Shown: positions 1 through 12,684, numbered from the stretch's first letter. The stretch is DNA of 64,000 nucleotides from Amoebidium appalachense (GCA_963693365.1 CAVNZM010000016.1:6059029-6123028); one strand, 5' to 3'. Numbers and translations are program-made. Notes: generated by a model not told the origin, from the letters alone.

Positions 1-89
1 GGGGGAAGCACGATTAGATACTGAGCACACCATGAAGACACAGACACCAAGAGTGACCAACAAAATGATCAAGCAGACCCGTGCCCCGG

Positions 90-137
<48 letters not shown>

Positions 138-162
138 GGGGGGGGGGGGGGGGAGGGGGGGT

Positions 163-275
163 TTGAATGCGGAACGCAACGGTAGGAAGTACGCATACAC
201 GACGAGAAGCATGGTGCAGGACACATGCAAAGGCAAACATTCAAGTATGCACCATCAGCCATGCGCACAGTATGC
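163..275. repeat. Dispersed ~110 bp element, copy 1 of 4 (others at 1278-1382, 2461-2537, 21176-21285)
   Basis: Near-identical TTGAATGCGGAAC..GTACGCATACACGA.GAGAAGCATGGTGCAGGACACATGCAAAGGCAAACATTCAAGTATGC..CATCAGCCATGCGCACAGTATGC in four places, same orientation, each following a G-rich run. Confidence 0.9.
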
Positions 276-511
276 GTCATAAGCAGAGCCCATCCTCAGG
301 GAGGGCCCAAGTCATCAATTGCGTCTGAGTTTCGACCCCTTAGCCCGCGTATATACGACTCTCCAACTCAGACAGCAGCATCAACTGAACTTGGGAGGGT
401 CAACCCGTCTTGATAAAAGACGAGCAGGGTTGCTTATGCAAGCAAGGTGAGCAAAACGGTGAAGATGTGTGTGCAAACTAATGCAGTGCAGCGAAAATAC
501 GTATGTGCTTA

Positions 512-628
512 CAGATGGACGACACAGAGCAACCATGCCCGGTTGCATGGAAGTAAAGCGGTCAGGGGGGCAGCTCAGAAGCCTTAGTTTCAGCTTGTCA
601 GTACGCAGACAGCTCCAATAAACCATGG
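512..628 (-). CDS. Possible internal exon of an uncharacterised minus-strand gene
   Basis: Non-repetitive open segment ([42 protein letters not shown]) bounded by a polypyrimidine-TTGCAG acceptor and a GTAAG donor. No recognisable domain. Confidence 0.3.
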
Positions 629-787
629 CTCGTGATTGCTGCAAGAAAAAAAAGGGGAAAAAAAAACACTGCAACGGCAGCATTCAGAATTAAAAGAGGA
701 AAAGAAAACTGAACCACAGCATCAAGCAGTGTGGTGCGGTGAAGATGGGGAATGGAAATGGGGGAGGGGAACAGAAGACTACGAAAA

Positions 788-819
<32 letters not shown>

Positions 820-901
820 GTGTATGTGTGTGTGTGTGCGTGTGTGTGTGCGCGCGCGCCCGCGTGTGTGCGCGCACACGTGTGTGTGGGTGCCTGTGTT
901 G

Positions 902-948
<47 letters not shown>

Positions 949-1231
949 TGTGTGCACGCGTGTACTACGTAGATCGTGCAAAATATTCATGTTTTCCGTT
1001 CTTTTCTTTTGTGTGTGTTGGGGGGTGGGGGGCGGGAGGTGGTTTGGGTTTCAAGCACCATGCTCTAGTTTTCCCCACTTTCTTTTGTATAATGGTGGGA
1101 GGAGCGAGCTCGGACAAAGCCAGTGAAAGGAAAGCACATGATCACCCCAAGACAAGAGGGTTTACACCGGTGTGCGCGCACACGCACTAACACAAAAAAA
1201 GATCGGGAGGGAAGGGGGCGGGCCGCGGCGG

Positions 1232-1277
<46 letters not shown>

Positions 1278-1279
<2 letters not shown>

Positions 1280-1382
1280 GAATGCGGAACACGGTACGAA
1301 GTACGCATACACGACGAGAAGCATGGTGCAGGACACATGCAAAGGCAAACATTCAAGTGTGCAACATCAGCCATTTGCACAG
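1278..1382. repeat. Dispersed ~110 bp element, copy 2
   Basis: Aligns by eye to 163-275; preceded by a ~45 nt poly-G run. Confidence 0.9.
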
Positions 1383-1588
1383 GGGGGAGGCGGAAGGTGG
1401 GGACAAGAAGAGATATAGCAAAAAGGAGAGAGAGTGAGAGGTGGGTGTAGAGGGAGGGGAGAGGGGCAGGGAGGCAAGAAAGAGAGAGAGAGAGAGAGGG
1501 TGTGTGTGTGTGCGTGAAAGAGAAAGAGAGAACGAGGATGGAAGGCCGGGGGGGGGGGGGGGGGGGGAAGGAGGGAAAGGAAAGTGAG

Positions 1589-1677
<89 letters not shown>

Positions 1678-1722
1678 CAGAGAGAAAGAGCAACAGGGGT
1701 GTGGAGGGGGGGGGGGGGGGAA

Positions 1723-1759
<37 letters not shown>

Positions 1760-2044
1760 GAGGGGGGGGGGGGGGAGAGGGGAGGGGGAGAGGGGGGCTT
1801 GGGGGGGGAGACAGGGTGAAAGAGAAGGCCGGGGGGAAGACGTGGTGGGGAAGGGGAGTAAGAGAAATATAGAGAAGGCCGGGGAGGGGAGGAAGGGGGG
1901 GGGGGGGGAGAGAGAGAGAGGGGGGGGGGGGGGGAGGGGGGGAGGAAGAAAGAAGTAAGGGAGAGAGAAGAGAGAGCGAGAGAGTGCGCCAGACAGAGAG
2001 AGAGCACTCAAGAAAACAAGAGAGAGATGGAGAGACAGAGGGAG

Positions 2045-2292
<248 letters not shown>

Positions 2293-2460
2293 ACGTGGTT
2301 CCGGAAAGAGAGAGAAATAACAACCCTAGTAATGGCTATGAAACGTTGTCTTGGTGTGTGAATGCCTTTCAAAAAAAAGGAAGACACATAACCTGCACAA
2401 GAGAAACAAAGAAACGAGGGGGGGCGACCGGGGGAGGGGGAGGGGGGAGGGGGGGATATA

Positions 2461-2537
2461 TGAATGCGGAACACGGTACGAAGTGCACATACACGATGAG
2501 AAGCATGGTGCAGGACACATGCAAAGGCAAACATTCA
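2461..2537. repeat. Dispersed element, copy 3 (core only, TGAATG...CATTCA)
   Basis: Aligns to the first ~78 nt of copy 1; G-rich runs on both sides. Confidence 0.85.
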
Positions 2538-2899
2538 GGGGGGGGGGGGGGGGGGGGGTACAACACAGAAGCCGTGCAGTCAAGAGACAAACGAAAGAAA
2601 TGGGGTGGGAGAAATATCGAAGAGTGCCAAAACATTTAACAAGAAGTGGGAGGGACAGAGGCAGAAGAGAGGGAAAGCGGGCGGGGGGGGGGGGGGGGGG
2701 GGGGGGTCGTGGTGGGCGGGCGAAGTTTTGGTGGGAAGGACGGAGGAAGACGAGAAAGAGAAAAGGTGGTGTTGTCGTGTATTTGGAACGGGGGGGGTGA
2801 TGTTATACACTCTCGTGAGGGGGGCCGAGTGAATCTGTGCTGTGGCTTTCAAGCTTGTCTGTGTGTGTAAATTCATGTTGTGCATGCAACAGTACGGGT

Positions 2900-3122
2900 A
2901 AAACTCTGTCCTTCGTACAAGTCGTGTCTGTGTGGGTAGGGATATCGGTCCCCACTGCTTCCGTGGCTGTGTTTGCGTGCACATACCTACGCGCGCACAC
3001 ACACACACGTGAAAACTCTGTCCTGTGTACAAGTCGTGTCTGTGTGGGTAGGGATATCGGTCCCCACTGTTTCCGTGGCTGTGTTTGCGTGCACATACCT
3101 ACGCGCGCACACACACACACGT
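2900..3122. repeat. Tandem duplication, 2 x 112 bp
   Basis: AAAACTCTGTCC...CACATACCTACGCGCGCACACACACACACGT starts at 2900 and again at 3012 with few differences. Confidence 0.9.
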
Positions 3123-3155
3123 GTGTCTGTGTGTCTGTGTGTGTTTAACCGGTGG

Positions 3156-3197
<42 letters not shown>

Positions 3198-5332
3198 ACG
3201 AGCATGTGCAAGTATGTGTGCAGGTGTGTGCGTGACAGTGTGTGCAGGTGTGTGTGTGACTGCGTGTGTGCATGTGTGGCCATGTGTGTACGCGCAAGCA
3301 CGTGCACGTGCATCTTTGCGTACATCAAAGCCACGTGGTTGCTCCAACAACCACGAGCTACTTGCCACCACCCAATCCTCTAAGACATGTAAATTTCCAA
3401 GGGTACTTACAGACTCGTTGAAGAGTGGAAGAGTGCTGGTGTTGTTCTGAGCAGTGTCGGCAGGGCCACGGCCTGGCTGTGTAGTCTGCCTGAGAAGGAT
3501 GATAGAAATGGTGCAAACATGGCGCCGTGTGTCGGTGTCTGTACGTGTGTGTGTTAACGTGTCCTAAACAGCGCAAACATAAAAACGCTGTTTGGAATGA
3601 GTGTTTGTGTATATTTCGGTGTTTTCTACAATCTCAAACGATGTAAAGCTTAATGCCGTTAACAATGAGCTGGCGGATGTAAAACACCTCACTGAGTTGC
3701 CCAGCTCTTTCGCTGCCGTACAACAATCTTTTGAGCTATGGCAATAGGGCAAGTTGGCGTTCTTTATGAAAAAAGAGTGTGTGTAAGTGCTACTGCTACT
3801 GGCTTCTGTATAACTGTATACGTAGGGCTACCTTTCCGCGTAGCACACCTATCCCTGGCACAAGCAGCTGCGAAACAAACCACCGTGACCGCTCCCTCGA
3901 GCTCCCTCTCAGCTGTTTTGCGTTGCGCCGGCCGCAGCTCTGGGCCAGCTGCAGGGTGCTTGCACGGCGCGAGATCATGACGTCACGATTCAGAGAACAG
4001 TGGCGTCATAATCTGATTCCGCCCCCCCCGGTCCCCTCCCCCCCAAGCCTAAAACCCTCTCCCCCCCCCCCCCCCCCACCCCCCCCCCTCCCCCCCCACC
4101 TTACCCCCCAACTTGAGTCCAGGGCCCACATCCCCCCCCCTCCCCCCCCCCCACAACCACCAAAAGGCATTCGTCTTGCGGCCAAGCGAGCTCAACCCCT
4201 CCCCCCTCCCCCCTCCCCCCTCTTCCAGGCCCATTCCGAGCATATATAGCGATTCCCCCCTCACCACATGTAGATACCGGGTCTGATTCCTCAGAGGCTC
4301 ACCTCCCCAAACGATAGCCCCTTCCGTCCGCCAACATTGGCTTCACGCTAAGAGTGAGAAGCTTTGAATTCCCTTATCTGTTTTGCCCCCAACCCCCTCC
4401 CCTCTAAGAGACTGCTCTTCCCTATCAGTCAAACCCCCCCCCCCCCCCCCCCCGCGGCCCCCTCCCCCCCTTACTCGGGCCCCCACCACACCTGCTTCAA
4501 CTCAAACCTGAGCCCCTCTCAACTCTCATACGTGCATGTGTATGGAATCCATGACTCGTATGCACCATCGAGCATGGGTCTTTTGGGTGAGTGTGTTGGT
4601 TATTACTTACAAGTGTGTGTTGGCGGTGCTGGGAGAAGGAGGGGGGTGGGGGGGGGGGGGGAGAGGGGGGGGGGGAGGAGGAGGAGGAGGGGGGGGGGGG
4701 GGGGAAGGGGGAAAAGGGAGAAAGGAGGGGCGTGTTGACTGGTGCAGGGAGGCAAGAGGAGGTAACAGCACTGATTTAAATTGTTCGGTGATCGTCAACT
4801 GAACGGAAAACTCAGTATGGCATATGTATTTATCGCTAAGGTGACAACAGCAGCAGTAACAAACAAACTAAAACTAAATTACTATGCCGAAAAGCTCAAG
4901 GTTTCTATCTCGCCTGCACGAGTTTCCTGACCTGCGAAAAGAGGGAAAGGTTAAATGGTGCCTACATGAATTGTTTGATGTCCAAACAGATGCTTCTGTC
5001 GGCCAGCGAACTCCCCTTATGCAAGAGACACTCCATACCAAAGAAAACTATCCATTTTGGTTTAACACTGCCCCCCTTACACACACCCTTTCTATCTGGA
5101 AAGCCATTCCCCCCCCCCCCCCCCCCCCGGGCGGCAAAAACAAAAATAAAAAAAAATTCTTGGCATTAACACGACAGACTTAGCCTCTGACAGCCACACG
5201 TACAGAGTGAATCTGACCCACAGAAGCGCGTATTCAGCCGTAAGGACGTCAGCGGCGCAAGTTTTCACCGGATCTCACTAGTTTGAAAAACAAAACTACT
5301 TTGAAAGGTAGCTCTGGCAACATGCAGTTAGA

Positions 5333-5716
5333 CTACTGGCTGACCTCCAGCTTTACTATGTTTCTCTCGGGTGACATAGAGGAATACTCCTGCCCGTCAA
5401 TAGTCTGCTTGGTTGTGACGTAGTCATGGTTCCACTCCAGAATCACCTTCTGACCACGTTGCAGGGAGCGTATCAACCCCTCGTGTTCCCCCGCATTTTT
5501 CATCATCACATGAAACGTATCCGTTTGCTCGTCACCATATTCACCGGGTTTTTCGTAGAAATTATACTGAAGAATTTTAAAAGTAGCAAGGGCGCCAGAG
5601 TGCCCACACCTGTCGGGGCATAACATTGTACGACCCAAGCAGCGATGTTCGCGGAGGCCTTCAAACTCGGCGTTTGTCTTGTGGATGGATAGGGTTTGGG
5701 CCGTACGAGTTGTCAT
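5333..5716 (-). CDS. Single-exon 127 aa hypothetical protein with an HxC-x5-CPDRCGH motif
   Basis: High-complexity ORF from ATG 5716: HRCLGRTMLCPDRCGHSG...YEKPGEYGDEQ...LEWNHDYVT...SPERNIVKLE. Globular composition. From memory it resembles an unannotated family seen in some protists and Verrucomicrobia (not verified). Confidence 0.8.
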   Translation of the reverse strand: MTTRTAQTLSIHKTNAEFEGLREHRCLGRTMLCPDRCGHSGALATFKILQYNFYEKPGEYGDEQTDTFHVMMKNAGEHEGLIRSLQRGQKVILEWNHDYVTTKQTIDGQEYSSMSPERNIVKLEVSQ

Positions 5717-5952
5717 GTTTGAAAGTGTTGAAAAAGGGTAAGAGAGAGTTTTTTCGGATAATAATGAGTGCAGTTTGAGTGTTTTAGGAGTTGTTGAAGC
5801 GTTGGGAAATAATGCGTGTGAGTGAGAGGTAAATCTTCGCATCCTATGTGGCTGTCACTTTGAAGCTTGTGCGAGCTGTTAAAGTTTTGCAAAAAAGGTC
5901 AGTCAAAGTGCAATGTTTTGACCAAGCGTAACCTGAGTAGTCTAACAACAAG

Positions 5953-5962
5953 GTGACGTCAC
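5953..5962. promoter_or_regulatory. CRE/ATF-type palindrome GTGACGTCAC upstream of the 127 aa gene
   Basis: Perfect TGACGTCA ~240 bp upstream of ATG 5716; a second TGACGTCA lies at 3978-3985. Confidence 0.4.
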
Positions 5963-6322
5963 AACAGACAGTCCGCGGTTTAGTAAGAGTTGTTTGACTA
6001 CGCGCTAAGGGCCCTAAGAGTCTACTAATGTAGACTCAAGCCAAGTATTCTGAATTACCTAATCATATCCATTCAATCGGAGCGACTAATGCTATGCCCA
6101 CGGTGGTGCAGCGTGTTTACTTCAGTGCACCGTGAGTCTACGTACTCTCCAACAAGCGGCCTGGGCCCGGGAGTTTTATGATGTGCATCGATATCTTGGA
6201 CATTATGTGCTTCGTAATGTTCAAAGCGGGAGGAGGAGGAGGAGGAGGAGGAGGAGGAGGGGGTGGGGGAGGGGGCGGGGCGGGGGGGGGGGGGGGGGGG
6301 GGATGTTTTTTTTTTTTTTTTT

Positions 6323-6354
<32 letters not shown>

Positions 6355-6912
6355 GGGCCGGGGGGGAGGGGGGGGGGGGGGGTTGGCCTGAGCCATGGGC
6401 CGTGCTGATGCATATTGATATGGGCATCCGTGTTGGGAAGGAATAGGACATGTGCATGTTGGCTATGTTGGTTAAGACATTAACGCTTGATCCTGAGAAG
6501 AGCAAGGGCCAATAGAATTCTAAGATTGACATGTAATTATCATCACTTTGGCCGAGTTTTTTTTTTTTTTTTAAGGTTGCGGGTTGAGGAAGGAGTGAAG
6601 GAAGTTAACTAAGGAAGGCCTAGCTAGGTGTTTTCAACGAAGGGATGCGAGGCAAGAGACAGGTAGAGGGATGGGGGAAGGACCGGGGGGGGGGGGGGGG
6701 GGGGGGGGGAGGGAGGGGGAGGGGGGATGGGGGGGAATTAGAAGGAGCACCGACATCTATATATGACTTTCAACACCGGATTTTTTGTCAAGTCAAGCAG
6801 GACGGTGGGGCAGCGGCCTGGGGTGAGTTACGTGCGGGGAGGGAAAGGTGCTGGGGCAGGGGGCATATGAAATGCTATCCAGAGAGGCCGAGAGAGTGGA
6901 GAGAGGGAGAGT

Positions 6913-6953
<41 letters not shown>

Positions 6954-6968
6954 AGAGAGAGAGAGTAT

Positions 6969-7044
<76 letters not shown>

Positions 7045-8019
7045 AGAGAGGGTGAGAGAGAGAGAGATAGACACGGAGAGAAACATGAGAGAAAGAGGGG
7101 GGGAGGGGGGAAGGGGCGGGGGGAGGGGGGGGGGGGAGAGGGGGAGGAACTCGGGGAAGGAGAGGGAGATAGGGTGTGAGGGAGTGAGTGAGGGAGTGGA
7201 AGGAGGGGTGCGGAGGGGAGAAGGGGGGGGTAGGGGGGGGGAGGGGGAAGAGAGAGAGAGAGAGAGGGCCTGAGAGAGATGGGGGGAGAAAGGGAAGGGA
7301 GAGAGAGAGAGAGAGAATATGTGTGTGTTGTGTGTTTGTGTGTGACGGTGTGTGTTAGTGTGTGTGACTTACGGTGGCTGTGTTAATTAAGCAATTCGAA
7401 GACGTAGAGGGAGGAAGAAGGAGAGAGGGGGGAGTGGTTTGTCCGTTGTTTCATGTAAACCAAAAAAGCCCCCCCAAAAAAAAGTGTTCGAGTTCTGACA
7501 TTGGAAAATACGTGATTTCCGTTCGATCGTGTCGGCCCTAGTAGGGGCTCCTTTTGGATTCCCGCTGGAGTACTCCTCGGGGAATCAATTATTCCACCTA
7601 CTTTGGTTAACAAAATGGTGCCACGCAGGCGGGGGGCAGGGGGAGGGGGGGGGGTTGGGTTCGCACTGTGTGTAGAGGTTAACTGCATGCCGAGAATTTG
7701 CATTTTCGATGAGAGAAAATATGGCTGGGTTGAAGTTTCGGTATCAAATGTAAGCCAGGTGCTCTGTGGAGGTTGGGCTGTCAAACAGATGCATGTGTGT
7801 ATGGTACAGGCACAGATGCTGATGTAATTTCCCTTTTACTTGTGTCTGCCCCCCCTCCGCCCCCCCCCTCCCCCCTCCTTCCCCCCTCCTCCTTACCCTG
7901 ATCCCGTGCCCCCCCCCGCCCCCCCCCTCCCCCCTCTCCCCCCCCCCCCCCCCAGACCTTTATGGGCTGGCATAACACTGCATACGCGAGCATGCATTTG
8001 TGTGGCAGTGTAGGCACGT

Positions 8020-8131
<112 letters not shown>

Positions 8132-8349
8132 GTTGCGAAATGTGTGTGTGTTTCGGTCCACGTGTGTGGACCAGGTGCAATATGTAAACGTGTGTACATA
8201 CGTGCGTGTTTGTGTGTTTTTGCGTGGTTCTGTCTGTGTCTGTGTCTGTGTCTGGGTGTGTGTGTATGTGTACGTGTGAGGGCGTGCGCGCGTCTGTGTC
8301 TGTGTCCGTGTGTCTGTGTCTGTGTCTGTGTGTCTGTGTGTGTGCGTGC

Positions 8350-8387
<38 letters not shown>

Positions 8388-8886
8388 ATGGGGGTGTGTG
8401 GGTGTGTGTGTGTCTGTGTGTGCTTCACGGTGTATGTGAATGAGAATGTGACTGTGTGCGTGCGTGCGCGAGCGTGTACGGTGCAGTTGTGTAAATATTT
8501 TGTATGTGCGCCATTGTCGGTGCGAGTGTGTCTGTGCGAGATTTTATGTGGGTGAATGTACACTTTTTTTTCTTATTGACATGTCTCCATGCGCCGCGGG
8601 TATACACCGCGACTGATTGCATTGTGCGCTTTTTTATTTACAACCCTGCTCGAGTAGCATAGCATTCTGTGCTCATTGTGTGCTAACTTAGGTCACATAG
8701 CATAATCAGCTCATGATGATAAATCACATTCACATGCTACAGGCCCACTGAGCTGTTACGGGGTTTATGTATATACCCGATAGACTTAGTAATATCAGGC
8801 TTGTTCGTCACAGTATGCTAGTGGCCCTATCTGGAATGAATGGTTGGGAAAGACAAAAATGCCAAAAATCATCTATTAACATTTGT

Positions 8887-9402
8887 CTAGTCATATTGCT
8901 TCATGATCATGCAGTCATCGTAGGTGCTGTCCCAGGCATCGTCAAAGCCTCTCTGCCAGTCACCCCCGCTCCTCCTCTGCACCCTGGCCCCCGTGTCCCT
9001 CCTCCTCCTGCCGCCCTCTGCGTCCTTCCGGCACACCTTCAGTGCGTCTCTGTATGCCTCCATCCACCCCTTCTGGTACTCGCTCGACCCTGCGATGCCG
9101 GGCCGATGCTGGTCCGGGTGGCCCGCGGGGGCGTGCGGCTTGGGCTGCGGCTTGGGCTGTGGGTGGTGGGGCTGTGGCTGTGGGCGGGGCTTGGGCTGCG
9201 CACAGCACCTGCCTGGCGTGCACTTTCCAATGTCGCTGGACCACCGTGTGCACTCCTTCCAGCCAATCAGCTCGCCGACGTCGCCACAGTGCCCAAGGTT
9301 GCGGCCCGCCCAGACGCCACAGTTCATGACTTCGTTGTCCTTGGCGTAGGCCCAGGTGGCACACAGCGCGCCGACGGTTGCGAGCACAAGAATCGTCTTC
9401 AT
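8887..9402 (-). CDS. Secreted 171 aa Cys-rich precursor: signal peptide, 6-Cys domain, PQ/PK linker, dibasic sites
   Basis: ATG 9402 gives the signal peptide MKTILVLATVGALCATWAYA; GC-rich codons; single exon; TATATAAA and CCAAT upstream. Confidence 0.85.
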   Translation of the reverse strand: MKTILVLATVGALCATWAYAKDNEVMNCGVWAGRNLGHCGDVGELIGWKECTRWSSDIGKCTPGRCCAQPKPRPQPQPHHPQPKPQPKPHAPAGHPDQHRPGIAGSSEYQKGWMEAYRDALKVCRKDAEGGRRRRDTGARVQRRSGGDWQRGFDDAWDSTYDDCMIMKQYD

Positions 9403-9498
9403 GTTGAGGTGGTGGAAGCTCGGTGGTGGATCGAAATCTTTTATGATAGGTTTAGCAGAGCTGCAAAGTTTGAATGAACAGACTGGGCGTTTGTGTGG

Positions 9499-9516
9499 TT
9501 TATATACTATCATTGG
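9499..9516 (-). promoter_or_regulatory. TATA box (TATATAAA, 9506-9499) with adjacent CCAAT (9516-9512)
   Basis: Canonical motifs ~100 bp upstream of ATG 9402 on the coding strand. Confidence 0.55.
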
Positions 9517-10043
9517 CTGCAATGAGCTGGCGAATCATATTCGCCGGTCGCTCGATTGCATTCCAGTGGATAAAACGGGATGACGACCGTCATCCCACTC
9601 ACGATGAACAAAACTAACTATTACATGTTATTCTGTACCAGGGACATGATAGCATGGTGTTTATATACGACAGGCTTTATATTCCTCAATATTTCGCTTG
9701 TTTACCTCGCTTGTCTTTGTTCAGAGCTACAGCATGGCCCTTAGAAGTAGGCATCCCTGCAAATCAGATCTTGATAATTAAGTCAAACAAGGTCTGTGTG
9801 TAATATCAAGGTTAACGCTCATTGGGTATATGTCATTTAGGTATCTCACCGACACTAAATCGCCATCAGCAGCCATCGGCAGCACCATCAGGATGATCAT
9901 GGGGGGGGGTGGGGCGGTCAGGAATTGGCGCGCTCTTTACTGGTCACAACCAGTCCGGGAAGGCCATGAGCAGCATTGCCGAGCACACTGGAATACGGGA
10001 ATGTTTGCGGTAACGTAGTCGCACTAGGGGGGCAGGGGGCCAG

Positions 10044-10155
10044 GCCCCAAGTGTTTAAAATGAAGCCAGGCTGCCCTAAGGGCACAACACAGCGCCCTTA
10101 GGGCAGCTGTGTTGTGCCCTTAGGGCAGCCTGGCTTCATTTTAAACACTTGGGGC
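10044..10155. repeat. Perfect inverted repeat, 50 bp arms with 12 nt spacer
   Basis: GCCCCAAGTGTTTAAAATGAAGCCAGGCTGCCCTAAGGGCACAACACAGC (10044-10093) is the exact reverse complement of 10106-10155. Confidence 0.95.
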
Positions 10156-10912
10156 ATAAAACAGGCGGAGCTAGGGAGGGAGCTGGGCGCAGAAAAAAAG
10201 ATGCTGCATTTGTTCAGCCTTTAGCGAACTTTGCAGGTTTTGGGAAGGCAAACAAAGCTGTTTTGCAGGAACTAAACGTAAACGCACAACCCGAACAGCC
10301 CCCTCTATCTAAGGCCGCCGATATAAGGGCCCGTGTAGTTGAGGCAGGTGGTGTCCATTCGTTACCAAGAGAAATGGAGCGGGCCCCTGCTCCCACCAGA
10401 CATACAGGTGCAACCCGACGAGGAACCTCTACGGCCGAGAAACTTTAAGATTTTAGACCCTAAACCGTATTTACCTGTTATCTTAAAAGTGAGTGACCCC
10501 TTATGTAAATATATGCAAAACTTGCGGGTGACCCCTGTTTGTGTACCATGTGTCACGGAATGTGTGGTATTATCAGGTATTTTTGAATTTAAAAAGGGGA
10601 GGGGGGGGGGGGGGGGGGGAGAAGTAAATGTCGGTGACCCCCTCCCCTGGTGGTACCCCCCGTCCCCCCGCTCCAGGCGGGGGAGGGGGGGGGGGCCACC
10701 TCTTCCGCAGGGTTCCAGGGGGGGGGGGGGGGGGGGGGGGGAATATCCAGTCCCACCTTTTACAGTAACTAAGCCTTGGGGAGACGGGGGGGGGGGGGGG
10801 GGGGGGGGCTCCCCAGGGGAAGGGGGACGACTATGAGGAGGTTCTACAATAGAGTAATACTGCCCCCCCTCCCCCCCCCCTCCAAACACACACACACACA
10901 CATACACACTGT

Positions 10913-10997
<85 letters not shown>

Positions 10998-11020
10998 CAC
11001 AACACACACGTGTACACGCG

Positions 11021-11102
<82 letters not shown>

Positions 11103-11119
11103 GTACCCACCCACCCACC

Positions 11120-11221
<102 letters not shown>

Positions 11222-11481
11222 CACACACACACACAATTTTCAGCATGATAAGAGTTTACGGAACAAACGTCATGACAAGCCAATACTGTCGGACTTAATT
11301 ATAGCCCCCTTCCTTATATCGACCTCCGTTACGTAAATCAAACACGTCCTCTTAGCATGTACATGTTGTATCTATGCGACACCTCAGATGTCATGCATAT
11401 TGATTTTTAATTTGTGTGAAGCCCGTTCATTATCTTATCCCCCCCCCCCTCCCCCCCCCCCCTCCCCCCCCTCCCCCCCCC

Positions 11482-11518
<37 letters not shown>

Positions 11519-11559
11519 GCCCGCCGCCTGCCCACCCGCCCGCCCCCCCGCCCGCTGCC

Positions 11560-11810
11560 ATAAAAAGGACCCACAAGACGGGCGGAAAGGGGAGGGAGGG
11601 GGGGAGGGGGGGGAGGGGGGGAGGGGGTGGGGAGACGCACACAGACACCAAGCACCGTCACATGGACACACACGTCAAACACACACACACACACACACAC
11701 ACCATTTTTGATACACACACGTGCACACACACACACACACACACACCACACACACAAACACACAGAGTGACAAACGAGCACAAAATCCAACAGACATATG
11801 CACACATTCC

Positions 11811-11841
<31 letters not shown>

Positions 11842-12224
11842 AAAAAAAAAAAACCTCCACGCCCATAAAGAGGACCGACAAGATAGGGGGGGGGGGGGAG
11901 GGGGGGGGGGGGGGAGGGACGGCAAGGGGGGTGAGGGGGGGGGAGGGGGGAAGGGAGGCCGGGGGAAAGGGGGGGGGGGGGGGGGTGGGGGGGAAGGGGG
12001 GGAGGGAAGGGGGAGAGTAGGAGGGATACACACACACACACCGTGCACCGTCACACGGACACACACACACAAACACACACACACACACATTGTGATCCAC
12101 ACACGTGCACACACACACACACGCACACACACACACACACACACACACTGCAGCTGAGTGAACACAAAATCCAAATGTACACATGTACAAAGACATCTGC
12201 GCACATTTTTGCACAGCCCCCCCC

Positions 12225-12258
<34 letters not shown>

Positions 12259-12600
12259 AAAAGAAGAAGAAGAAGAAGGAAAACCAAATACCCCTGCAGC
12301 CCAAAGAAAGGACCCACAGGCCAGGGGGAAAAGGGGGCAAGGGGCCACACACACCGTGCACTGTGTCCCGGCCGCAGACACACACACGTTGTGATACACA
12401 TGTGTGCACACAAACACACACACACCACACACACACACGCAAACACACACAGTGACAAACGAACACAAAAACGAACTTTACACACAGATATATGCACACA
12501 CTCACACCACACACACACACAAACACAAACACACACAGTGGCAATCGAACACAAAAACCAAATGTACACAGAGATATCTGCACACATAATCACACAGAAA
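11560..12600. repeat. Degenerate ~300-430 bp tandem repeat, about 3 units, interleaved with CA and poly-C/G runs
   Basis: Recurring blocks AGGACC(C/G)ACA..., (T)GCAC(C/T)GT..., TGTGAT.CAC, GTGACAAACGA.CACAAAA, (A)GA.ATATGCACACA near 11565, 11870 and 12310. Confidence 0.65.
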
Positions 12601-12684
12601 GGTGCATAATAGTAGAGCCGGGGAGTCCCTGTCCGGGCACTGTGGGCCATTAATGTAAACCGTTACACTCTTTCTTAGCCGGTT

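Noticed and set aside
8767-9477. 236 aa plus-strand ORF; likewise the plus-strand ORFs over the chitinases and the transposase
   Set aside because: Antisense shadows of GC3-rich genes on the minus strand.
9920-10020. GKAMSSIAEHTGI, resembling a Tc1-type HTH
   Set aside because: Too short, with no TIRs or downstream transposase sequence.
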